A DNA stretch of 37,381 nucleotides from Cyanobium sp. NIES-981 (GTDB lineage: Bacteria > Cyanobacteriota > Cyanobacteriia > PCC-6307 > Cyanobiaceae). Shown here one piece after another: positions 9,701-17,288 of this stretch. The translations under genes were made by a program, and so were the position numbers. Numbering within the stretch: the first letter of the stretch is position 1; every line of letters begins with the position of its first letter. The stretch lies in contig CAMDSS010000001.1 in assembly GCA_945907085.1 (NCBI GenBank), forward strand, positions 1 through 37,381, read 5' to 3'. The notes beneath the pieces were generated by a model. That model searched no databases. It saw only the letters and a program-made list of their open reading frames with translations, and was not told the origin of the DNA.

Positions 9701-12700
9701 GCAGCAGGGGTTGCCAAGGGCCTTGGGCAGCCTGCGGTTGGATCAACCGCTGAAGCTGAACGAGGCGCCAACACAGGCGAGCGGGCACCACCGTTTGCAG
9801 GTGCACTATCGCCCCGGTGCCCTGGAGTTTCACAGCCGTGGCGATGGGGTTGATTCGGGGGGCTGGCAGCTCCACGGCACGGCTTCCTTGGAGGGCGTCG
9901 ACGCAATGAGCGCTGGTGACTGCCCCCTGGTATCAGCAAGCCCGCCACCGGGCGCTGAGCCTGTGGATTTGGAGGGCTTTTACGCGGCCCTGGCCCAGGT
10001 GGGCCTGGCCTACGGTCCGTGTTATCGGGGGTTGGCCCGATTGCAAATGGCGAATGGCCAGGCCTGGGCTGAGCTGATCCGACCCGCTGGGGGCCACGAC
10101 CGCGGCCTATGGGATAGCTGTTTCCAGGCTGTGGCAGTGTTGCTCGATCACTTGTCCCGCCAGGGGCAGTTGCTCCTTCCGGTGGGCCTGGAATCCCTGT
10201 GGTTTGGCCAGCAGGCCCTTCCCGACCACTTCTTCTGCCAGGTGACGCTGCAGCCGAGTTCTGAACCGGCTTTTGTGCTTGCCGATCTGTTGCTGCACGA
10301 CGGGGCCAAGCCCTTGGCCTGGATTCGGGGTTTTCGGCTGCGGCGCCTACCCCGCCAGGCCCTGGAGTGGCTGTTCCCCCTCAAGCAGGAGGAGGCCCAA
10401 ATCAGCCCTAGTGAGTGGCTGTTCGAATCCAGCTGGCAAGAGGCTGTTGGTTCGAACGAGGCTCTGGGCTCGCAAGCCACTGCTGGCTCGCAGGACGCCG
10501 CCCCTTTCGAGCACCACTCCATCTCGCCAGAACGCATCGACTTGGCCGGCCCCATCCCGGCCGGCGTCGAACCCTTGCTGATCTGGCCCGATCTGGCCCA
10601 GCCGGGTGCCACTGCGATAGGCCTCTGCGCCCAGCTGTTGCGGCTCGCCCAGGCCCTCGCCCAAGCCCCGGCCCGGCCCGTGTGGCTGGTGCTGGAAGGG
10701 GCTGGCGCTTTGCCTGGCGACCAGACCGGAGCGCTCGCTGGAGCACTGGCGGGCTTTGCCCGCTCAGCGGCCTTGGAGCAACCCGCCCTGGGTTGGACGG
10801 TGTTGCATCTCGCGGCAGGCGAGGCTCCCGCCATGGCCGATTGGCCTGCCCTATGGGCCCTTGGCCAGCGGGAACCGCTGCTGGCCTGGCGCGATGGCAA
10901 GCCCTGGGTGCAACGGATCCACCCCCTGGCGGATGCCCCTTTCCGGATGGCAAGCGGTGCCTTGGGCAGCTTGGAAAGCCTGCATCCGGCCCCCTTGAGG
11001 CGCCAAAGGCCTGGCCCTGGGGAACTCGAAATCGCCGTGGAAGCCACCGGACTCAACTTCCGCGATGTGCTGAATGGCCTTGGGCTCTTGGCTGCCTACA
11101 GCTTGGAGCTGGGCCTGGCTCCAGGGGCGCAGATGCCCTACGGCGGCGAATGCGTGGGCCGGGTGGTGGCGGTGGGAGAGGGCATCGATCCCGCTTTGGT
11201 GGGCTCACGCCAGTTGGCGGCCCTGGCGGTGGGCAGCTTGGCCAGCCATGTGGTGTGCCGGGGGGAGCTGTGTGTGCCATTGCCTGAGTCGCTGGATCCA
11301 GCCCTGGGGGCCAGTCTCAGTACGGCATTTCTGACGGCGATTTACGGCCTGCAAACCCTGGCTGGCCTGCGGGCTGGTGAAACGGTGTTGATCCATGCCG
11401 CCGCCGGTGGGGTGGGCCAGGCCGCCCTGCAGGTGGCCCGACGCTGCGGTGCCCGGGTGTTTGCCACCGCCAGTGCGGCAAAGCAGGCCGGCCTGTTGGA
11501 CCAGGGGGTGGAGGCCGTGTTTGATTCCCGCAGCCTCGACTTCGCCGAGCAGCTGCGCAGCGCCACCGGTGGTCGGGGGGTGGATGTGGTGCTCAACAGT
11601 CTGAAAGGCGACTGGGTGGAGGCCAGCTTTGCGGCGTTGGCGGAGGGCGGCCGCTTTGTGGAACTGGGCAAGATCGAGATTTGGAGCCGGGCAGAGGCGG
11701 CCCAGCGGCGCCCCGATGCCCGCTATCTACCCTTCGATTTATTGGAGGTGGCAGCGGCCGTGCCTGGCATGGTGCGGGCCCTGCTGCTCGAGCTGCTCGA
11801 CGACCTGGCGGCCGGCCGCTATGGGCCCATCCCTCTCCAGACCTTCCCGATTGAGCGCAGCGTGGAGGCCTTCCGGCTGATGGCCCAGGCCCGCCATGTG
11901 GGCAAGGTGGTGATCACCCAGCCCGAACGCCAGGCGCCTTGGGGGATCCAACCCCAGGCCACCTATCTGGTGAGCGGGGCGTTCGGCGGGATCGGCCGCC
12001 AGCTCTGCCAGTGGTTGGCCAGCCAAGGTGCCCGCTCCTTGGTGTTGGTGGGCCGCCGCAGCGACCAGGCCTTGCTTGATGGGCTCACGGCAGCGGGTGT
12101 GGCCTGTGAGGCGGTGGTGATCGATCTTGATGGAGGCTCGCCGGAGCCGTTAGTTGCCGCCTTGCGCGGCAAGCTTTTGGCCGGGGTGTTCCACGCCGCT
12201 GGCGTGCTGGATGACGGCCTGCTTGAGGCCCAAACCCCAGCTCGCCAGGCCGCGGTGCTGGGGGTTAAGTGGGGCGGGCAGCAGCTCCTGGAGCAGGCCT
12301 GCCAGGCGGCGGGTTGTCGGCCGGAGTTTGGCGTGGTCTTTTCCTCCATGGCGGCCTTGCTGGGGTCGCCAGGCCAAACCAGCTATGGGGCCGCCAATGG
12401 GGCCCTCGATGGTCTTGCGGCGCAACAAGGTCGAAACAACCACCATGACCAGGTATGGCCGATGGTTTCCCTGCAGTGGGGCCCTTGGGCGGGGGCGGGG
12501 ATGGCAGAAGGGCTGGAACGCCGCTTCAGCGCCTTGGGGGTAGGGCTGTTGGTGCCGGATCGGGCCTTCGAAGCGCTGGGCCTGGTGCTCGAGCGTGGCC
12601 GCAGCGGCTGTGTGGCCGTGCTCAACAACGATTGGCCGCGGCTGGCGGGCCAGCTGGGCCATCGCCAGGCGAGCGTGCTGCAACCCCTGCTGGTGGCGGC

Positions 12701-14255
12701 TGGGTGGGCTCGGCGCGATGGGGCAGAGGGCCAGGCCCTGCGTCTTCAGCTTGCCGATCTGGATGGGGAGCAGGCCAACGCTGTGGTGGTGGGCGCGTTG
12801 CAGCGGCGGTTGGCGGCGGTGATGGGTTTGGCCGATGCCGGCAGCCTCGATCCGGGCGATTCCCTGTTTCACATTGGCCTTGATTCGCTGATGGCCGTGG
12901 AATTGGCTGCGGGAATCCAGCGCGATCTCGGCGTGAAGCTCGAGCTCGAATCCTTGGCCGGTGATCCCAGCCTGGAGGTGCTGGCGGCGGTGGTGCTTGA
13001 GGGGCTGGTGGATCCCCAAGGCGGCGTCGATCGCACCCTCAACCTTGGTCAGGAAGCCCAGCTGCGCAGCTCCTGGAGCTTGCCAGGGGCCGCTGCTTTG
13101 GCGTCCGATCCCGGAGCCATCTCGCCAGGGAGTGCTCCCCCTGGCGAAGCGATGTTGCTGACAGGGGCTTCCGGTTTTCTTGGGGCCTACCTGCTGGCCG
13201 GCCAATTGGAGCGCTGGCCTGAGTTGCAGGTGCGTTGCCTGGTGCGGGCCCAGGACGCCCCAACGGGGATGGAGCGGATCAAGGCCAACCTTGGCTGCTA
13301 CGGGTTGTGGCAAGAGGCTTGGGCCAGCCGGCTGGTGGCGGTGCCGGGGGATTTGGCCCAGCCCCGGTTTGGCCTGTCGGACGGGGCTTTTGCAGACTTG
13401 GCCCGCGGCCTGGGGGGCATCCTCCACAACGGCGCCCAGCTCAGCCAGATGGCCTCCTACAGCCAGTTGGAGGCGGCCAATGTGGGTGGCACCCACACGG
13501 TGCTGGAGCTGGCGGTCCATGGCCAAGCCCCTGGGCCGGTGCCGATTCAGTTGATCTCCAGCGTCGCGGTCTTCGAGGCGGCGGCCTACCGCAACCAGCC
13601 GGTGCTGGAGAGCGACGATGTGGCCGAATGGCGCGGCATCCATGTGGGCTATTCCCAAACCAAATGGGTGGGGGAACGATTGGTGTTGGCGGCGGGAGTG
13701 GCTGGTCTTCCGGTCACGGTGTATCGCCCCCCCCTGATTGGCGGCCACTCCCGCACCGGCGCCTGGCATCAGGATGATCTGCTGCACCGGCTGTTGCGGG
13801 GTTGCCTGGCCCTCGGCATGGCACCGGATGTGCCCTGGGAGCTGGATCTGGTGCCCGTCGACTACGTGGCCGATGCGGTGACGGCCTTGGCCTGGACTCC
13901 CCAGGCGGTGGGGAAGAACTACCACCTGCAGCATCCCCAGCCGATGCTGCTAGCCGACCTGCTCAACCAGTTGATCGCCCACGGGGCCCCGCTGGAACTG
14001 GTCTCCATGGAGCGCTGGCTGGAGGCGATCGGCGCCGATCCCGCCAACCCCCTTTATGGGATCCGGGCCTTCTTTGTGAGGCGCTGGGGCGAGGAGCAGC
14101 TCACCTATCCCGAGCTCAACCAGGCGGGGGTGCGGGCCCGGCCGAGTTGTGCTGTCACAGCTGAGGCCTTGGCCGCCCTTGGGGTGCGCTGCCCCGGTTT
14201 CGAGGCCTTGATGGCCCCCTATGGCCGCAGCCTGCTTACCGGCGTTGCTTCGTGA
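6759..14255 (+). CDS. Single-module type I polyketide synthase KS-AT-DH-ER-KR-ACP-thioester reductase
   Basis: KS: DTACSSS (Cys 7293), HGTGT (7698), NLGHSE (7818). AT: GHSIG (8658), HAFH (8955). DH: HRIRGQVVFP (9633), DSCFQ (10113). ER: LIHAAAGGVG (11394). KR: GAFGGIG (11976), LDD (12207), SYGAAN (12384). ACP: GLDSL (12885). R: TGASGFLG (13161), GYSQTKW (13650). Confidence 0.96.
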   Translation: MPEPIAIVGIGCRLPGGVNSAEAFWDVLREGRDLITEIPPDRWDLNLHYDPDPTRPLTQHVKRGGFVDGIDQFDAAFFGITPREAVCMDPQQRLLLEVAWQAVEDAGQPLEALQRKAIGVFMGISSSDYSSLLWASRERFVTPNNEPFVLPGNTGCIAANRLSYFFDFKGPSFTVDTACSSSLVAVHLACESIWRGESEAALAGGVQALIHPGIQMSFCKAGLLAPDGRCKSFDASADGYVRSEGAGVVVLKPLAAAEAAGDSVYAVIHGSAINSDGRSNGMVAPNARAQMACVRAAFARAEIDPSATQYVEAHGTGTRQGDPIELRALGTVFGEGRPEGEVCRVGSVKTNLGHSETAAGITGLIKAALCVAKRQLPPSLHCRQPNPSVDFSALKLEVQTNLEPFPYPERPAVVGVSSFGFGGTNAHVVLADAPRQASPLRFGAQMPLQLIALSARSTPALAELAADLVKQMQAKPSLKLADLAASLNLGRTPFRQRAVCLAADKAQLMGQLQALVAGRPSRQDSLQVGLASRRPGKLAWLFTGQGSQALGMGQALLAHPVFNEAMTRVASLLDPHLKRPLLALLVPPAGEEAEAARLLNQTGFTQPALFAVGYGLSQLWQSWGVEPDLLMGHSIGEVLAAHLAGVFSLEDAARLVAIRGRLMQALPSDGGMAALLAGPERVEALLARHREISVAAYNGPSNTVVAGPIAALRALLANAEQLGLDGRILPVSHAFHTQAMAPMLEAFEQELRQLSFMPPNKPLVSNLTGRLAGPEVAQPDYWCDQVLSPVCFAEGVETLVAQGAQVFLEIGARPTLIGMARQCQVNPSLAYWPSLVPGKSDWQMLVTSLGGLWRSGFAVDWAAFHRPFPHRRVSVPGYPFQRQRYWWSRQGEEVAPASFWLDHLGITEVRAPAESLRPASQNKTERLRKSERLERLDLPGELAIYQVGLTCEGSDLGDHRIRGQVVFPAAGFITAALDGLEQQGLPRALGSLRLDQPLKLNEAPTQASGHHRLQVHYRPGALEFHSRGDGVDSGGWQLHGTASLEGVDAMSAGDCPLVSASPPPGAEPVDLEGFYAALAQVGLAYGPCYRGLARLQMANGQAWAELIRPAGGHDRGLWDSCFQAVAVLLDHLSRQGQLLLPVGLESLWFGQQALPDHFFCQVTLQPSSEPAFVLADLLLHDGAKPLAWIRGFRLRRLPRQALEWLFPLKQEEAQISPSEWLFESSWQEAVGSNEALGSQATAGSQDAAPFEHHSISPERIDLAGPIPAGVEPLLIWPDLAQPGATAIGLCAQLLRLAQALAQAPARPVWLVLEGAGALPGDQTGALAGALAGFARSAALEQPALGWTVLHLAAGEAPAMADWPALWALGQREPLLAWRDGKPWVQRIHPLADAPFRMASGALGSLESLHPAPLRRQRPGPGELEIAVEATGLNFRDVLNGLGLLAAYSLELGLAPGAQMPYGGECVGRVVAVGEGIDPALVGSRQLAALAVGSLASHVVCRGELCVPLPESLDPALGASLSTAFLTAIYGLQTLAGLRAGETVLIHAAAGGVGQAALQVARRCGARVFATASAAKQAGLLDQGVEAVFDSRSLDFAEQLRSATGGRGVDVVLNSLKGDWVEASFAALAEGGRFVELGKIEIWSRAEAAQRRPDARYLPFDLLEVAAAVPGMVRALLLELLDDLAAGRYGPIPLQTFPIERSVEAFRLMAQARHVGKVVITQPERQAPWGIQPQATYLVSGAFGGIGRQLCQWLASQGARSLVLVGRRSDQALLDGLTAAGVACEAVVIDLDGGSPEPLVAALRGKLLAGVFHAAGVLDDGLLEAQTPARQAAVLGVKWGGQQLLEQACQAAGCRPEFGVVFSSMAALLGSPGQTSYGAANGALDGLAAQQGRNNHHDQVWPMVSLQWGPWAGAGMAEGLERRFSALGVGLLVPDRAFEALGLVLERGRSGCVAVLNNDWPRLAGQLGHRQASVLQPLLVAAGWARRDGAEGQALRLQLADLDGEQANAVVVGALQRRLAAVMGLADAGSLDPGDSLFHIGLDSLMAVELAAGIQRDLGVKLELESLAGDPSLEVLAAVVLEGLVDPQGGVDRTLNLGQEAQLRSSWSLPGAAALASDPGAISPGSAPPGEAMLLTGASGFLGAYLLAGQLERWPELQVRCLVRAQDAPTGMERIKANLGCYGLWQEAWASRLVAVPGDLAQPRFGLSDGAFADLARGLGGILHNGAQLSQMASYSQLEAANVGGTHTVLELAVHGQAPGPVPIQLISSVAVFEAAAYRNQPVLESDDVAEWRGIHVGYSQTKWVGERLVLAAGVAGLPVTVYRPPLIGGHSRTGAWHQDDLLHRLLRGCLALGMAPDVPWELDLVPVDYVADAVTALAWTPQAVGKNYHLQHPQPMLLADLLNQLIAHGAPLELVSMERWLEAIGADPANPLYGIRAFFVRRWGEEQLTYPELNQAGVRARPSCAVTAEALAALGVRCPGFEALMAPYGRSLLTGVAS

Positions 14256-15550
14256 TTGGGCTTGGGATTTCCCAAGGGCTTTGCGGCGCATTGCTGGCCA
14301 CCTTTTTGGTGCAGCTGGGGCTCACCCAGCGCTTTGCCGCCGTAGTTCGCCGCCGGCTCCAGCAGCGGCCAGTGCTGACCACCCCTGCTCCGGCGGCCGA
14401 GGTGGTGCTGTGTTTGCGGGGCGTTGATCCGAGCTTGCAGGCGGCCTTGGCTGCCCTGGGGGGCCAGCTTTATCCGGGCCCCTGGCGCCTACTGGTGGTG
14501 GTGGATTCGCTCGAGGATCCCAGCTGGCCCGTGGCGGAGGAGGTCTTGAGCCAGTTGGAGGCTTCAGGCCAGGCGAGTTGGCAGGGGGTTCGGCTGATTC
14601 CGCTGGCGGCCAGGCCCGAATCGGGATCGCTCAAAAGTGCCTCCTTGCGCCAGGCTTTTGGGGTGTTGCATCCCAGCACCGAGTTGGTGGCCCTGGTGGA
14701 TGCCGATGCGGTGGTGGCTCCGGGGTGGCTGGCGGCGTTGGCGGCGGGTTGCGGCCAGGTCGGGGTGGGGGCTGTTTCGGGCAACCGCTGGTATGAACCA
14801 GCCCAGGGCGGTTTTCAAGGCAGTGGCCCGGGCATGGTGCGGGCGATTTGGAATGGGGGTGCCCTGGTGCTGATGACCCTGTTGGGCATTCCCTGGGGTG
14901 GTTCGCTGGCGATCCGACGCGAGTTGATTGAGCCCAGTGGTTGGCGCCAGGTGCTGGCCACCAGCCTTTGCGAAGACACCGCCCTGCCGAAGCCCCTAGC
15001 AAGGGTGGGCTATTCCTACCAATTCCGTCCCGAGTTGATCGCCCTCGATCGGGATGATTCCATTCGCCTGAGGCCCCTCGTTCGCTGGATTGCCCGCCAG
15101 TTGCTCACGGCCCGGTTGCACCATCGGGCCTGGCCCCTGGTGGCTTTGCATGGCCTGGGCAGCTTGGTTCTACTGCTGGCCTGCTTGGTGGTGGTGGCGA
15201 CCCTGCTGCTGCAGGGGCAGCCGCTTGAGGCAGGCGTGCTTGGGGCTTCCCTGGTGCTTTACGAATTTGGCTGTGTGGCTTTGCTGCTGTGGATCGGGCG
15301 GGTGGCCGCCTCGGGCCTGGAGCGCCTCGGGGGAGGGTTGGGTTCCAACGAAAGCCCCAAGGGATTGGCTCGTCGGGTGGCTAAGGGCTTTGAAGACGTC
15401 TGGCGCCTGCTGCGCTGGTTGCCGCTCGCCCAGCTGGTGTACGGCATGGCCACGGTGCGAGCGGCTTTGGCCTGGCGCGTTGAGTGGCGGGGTGTGATCT
15501 ATCGGGTGCGGCGCGGGGGTGTAGCCATGGTCAGCGGCCCTTCTCGATGA
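14252..15550 (+). CDS. Membrane GT2 glycosyltransferase, ceramide-glucosyltransferase/HpnI-like
   Basis: N-terminal TM, VDAD, WGGS, CEDT, RW, C-terminal TMs and VEWRGVIY end; GTGA overlap with the PKS stop. Confidence 0.85.
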   Translation: MIGLGISQGLCGALLATFLVQLGLTQRFAAVVRRRLQQRPVLTTPAPAAEVVLCLRGVDPSLQAALAALGGQLYPGPWRLLVVVDSLEDPSWPVAEEVLSQLEASGQASWQGVRLIPLAARPESGSLKSASLRQAFGVLHPSTELVALVDADAVVAPGWLAALAAGCGQVGVGAVSGNRWYEPAQGGFQGSGPGMVRAIWNGGALVLMTLLGIPWGGSLAIRRELIEPSGWRQVLATSLCEDTALPKPLARVGYSYQFRPELIALDRDDSIRLRPLVRWIARQLLTARLHHRAWPLVALHGLGSLVLLLACLVVVATLLLQGQPLEAGVLGASLVLYEFGCVALLLWIGRVAASGLERLGGGLGSNESPKGLARRVAKGFEDVWRLLRWLPLAQLVYGMATVRAALAWRVEWRGVIYRVRRGGVAMVSGPSR

Positions 15551-16124
15551 GTCGCTTGAGGATCGCCATCGATTGGAGCAGGTTGGCTTCGCTGAGCTCG
15601 AAATAGAGGGGGCGGACAAAATTGGGCGCCATCGGATCCACCTGGATCTTGTGGCGCAACAGCACTCCGCCAGCCACGGGAGTGATGGTCCAGCTGCCTT
15701 TGAGTTGGCGGATCTGCTCACTGTTGATCAGGCTGTAGCTGAGCTGGCGCGGCGCGCTTTCCTGCATGGCCAGGGTGGCGGTGACGCGCAATCCAAAGGT
15801 GTAGGGCGCTTGGTAGGTCTGGCGGAGCACCAGGCTTGTGCCTTTGCGGCTCAAGACCTGGGCTTCTTGGATGTCGGGCATCACGCCTGCCATGGCGCCG
15901 TAGTTGGTGAGCACCTGCCAGGCCCTTTGGGGAGAGGCCGCCACAAAGACAGAGGCTGTGTAATTTCCTTGGCTTCCTTGCAGGCTTGGTTTGCTGGTCG
16001 TTGTGCTTTTTTGAGGTGGGCTCGTTAGCGGCGCAGCCTGGACGGATAGAAATGGCGCCGACATCCATGCAGCTAAAATTAATACCGTTGCAGCTACCGG
16101 CTGGATCAGGGCAGAGTGCAGCAA
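15531..16124 (-). CDS. SRPBCC/START (polyketide cyclase/dehydrase-like) lipid-binding protein with probable signal peptide
   Basis: VAASPQRAWQVLTNYGAMAGVMPDIQEA...LKGSWTI. Start uncertain: TTG 16124 gives a signal-like LIQPVAATVLILAAW...VQA; the alternative is ATG 16064. Confidence 0.8.
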   Translation of the reverse strand: MLHSALIQPVAATVLILAAWMSAPFLSVQAAPLTSPPQKSTTTSKPSLQGSQGNYTASVFVAASPQRAWQVLTNYGAMAGVMPDIQEAQVLSRKGTSLVLRQTYQAPYTFGLRVTATLAMQESAPRQLSYSLINSEQIRQLKGSWTITPVAGGVLLRHKIQVDPMAPNFVRPLYFELSEANLLQSMAILKRLIEKGR

Positions 16125-17288
16125 TTGGCTTCTATAAAGCAGCAAGAAGGTTACGAACCTCAGGGGCAGATCCCTCGCAGGATGGTTTTCCTGAGTGGCT
16201 TTGATCCACGGGGGGCCTCCTTTTACTACCGCCTGTTTGCCGAACAGTTGCGGCGCTATCAACAGCGGGGTGATCGAAGCTTTGAGCTGGAACGGCGCCG
16301 CCAGGCCGATCGTCTCTTGAGCCGCTGGCAGGTGCTGGAAGCCGGCCAGCCCCAGCTGGATGTGTGTTTTCTGCGTTGGGATGACATCGCCCGTGAGCAT
16401 TGGCCCCGCCAGCCCCTGGTGCTGCTTTGGGATGGCCTGTTTGTCTATGGCTGGTACCTGCTCGGTGGCGGGATCGTGCGCATTGGTCGGTTGTCGTGGC
16501 GGGTGGCGCTTTGTGGTTTGTATCCGGCGCTGTTTGTTTTGCTGGCTCTCGGCAGCGGATTGGTGCTGGCCTCGGCACTGGCGCAGGGCTTGGCTTTGGC
16601 CGGTTTGGGCTGGGCTTTGGTTGGGCTGGTGCTTGCCGTTTGGCTAGGTGCGGCTTGGCAACTGGCCGAGCGGATCGGGGTGGTGTGGCTGTTTCGCTCG
16701 ATTCGTTTCACCCATGGGCTGGCGCGGGCCCGGGATACCACCCTGCGGCAGCGGGTGGAGGAGCTGGCCGAGAGGTTTTTGGAGCTGGAGGAGCAGGACC
16801 CCGCCGATGAGGTTTGGCTGGTGGGCCACAGCAGTGGCTCCTTTGTGATGGCGATGCTGGCGGCCGAGCTGCGGCGGCGGGGCACCTGGCCAGCCTTGGC
16901 TGGTCGTTTGCGGATGCTGAGCTTGGGTCAAAACCTGGCCAATTTGGCGGTGCATCAAAAGGCCACGGGCTTTCATGCTGATCTGGGTTTGGTGGCCGAG
17001 GAGCCGCGGGTGCCTTGGCTTGATATCACCTCCCCCGACGATTACCTCTGTTTTGCAGGGGTAGATCCCTATGCAAGTTGTGGGGTGCCTTGCCAGGGAG
17101 AGTCCTATCCCGAGTTGCGCTTGATTCCCTTGGCCCAGCGCCAACAGCTCACCACGTGGTGGGCTTTAGTGAGCCATCAATTTGATCTGCATTTCGAATA
17201 CCTGCGCACGGCTGAGCCTGGCCAATCTGGGGGCTTTGACTTGTATGAATTTTTGCTGGCTCCTGTTGGGGGAGGCGGCAAAATTTGA
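16116..17288 (+). CDS. Membrane-anchored alpha/beta-hydrolase-fold protein
   Basis: FLSGFDPRG N-terminal motif, central TM hairpin, nucleophile elbow VGHSSG (Ser 16830), candidate Asp (SPDDYL) and His (DLHFEY); start may be ATG 16182. Confidence 0.7.
   Translation: MQQLASIKQQEGYEPQGQIPRRMVFLSGFDPRGASFYYRLFAEQLRRYQQRGDRSFELERRRQADRLLSRWQVLEAGQPQLDVCFLRWDDIAREHWPRQPLVLLWDGLFVYGWYLLGGGIVRIGRLSWRVALCGLYPALFVLLALGSGLVLASALAQGLALAGLGWALVGLVLAVWLGAAWQLAERIGVVWLFRSIRFTHGLARARDTTLRQRVEELAERFLELEEQDPADEVWLVGHSSGSFVMAMLAAELRRRGTWPALAGRLRMLSLGQNLANLAVHQKATGFHADLGLVAEEPRVPWLDITSPDDYLCFAGVDPYASCGVPCQGESYPELRLIPLAQRQQLTTWWALVSHQFDLHFEYLRTAEPGQSGGFDLYEFLLAPVGGGGKI

Noticed and set aside
8118-13934. Long antisense ORFs of 585 aa (8118-9875) and 594 aa (12150-13934) opposite the PKS
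   Set aside because: Expected from GC-rich codon bias on the sense strand; no domain motifs
6759-14255. Identification as olefin synthase (Ols), PUFA synthase or heterocyst HglE
   Set aside because: Lacks the acyl-AMP ligase, sulfotransferase and thioesterase of Ols, and the tandem ACPs and chain-length factor of Pfa/Hgl systems
16125-16400. Upstream extension of the SRPBCC ORF
   Set aside because: Overlaps the conserved GFDPRG region of the opposite-strand hydrolase
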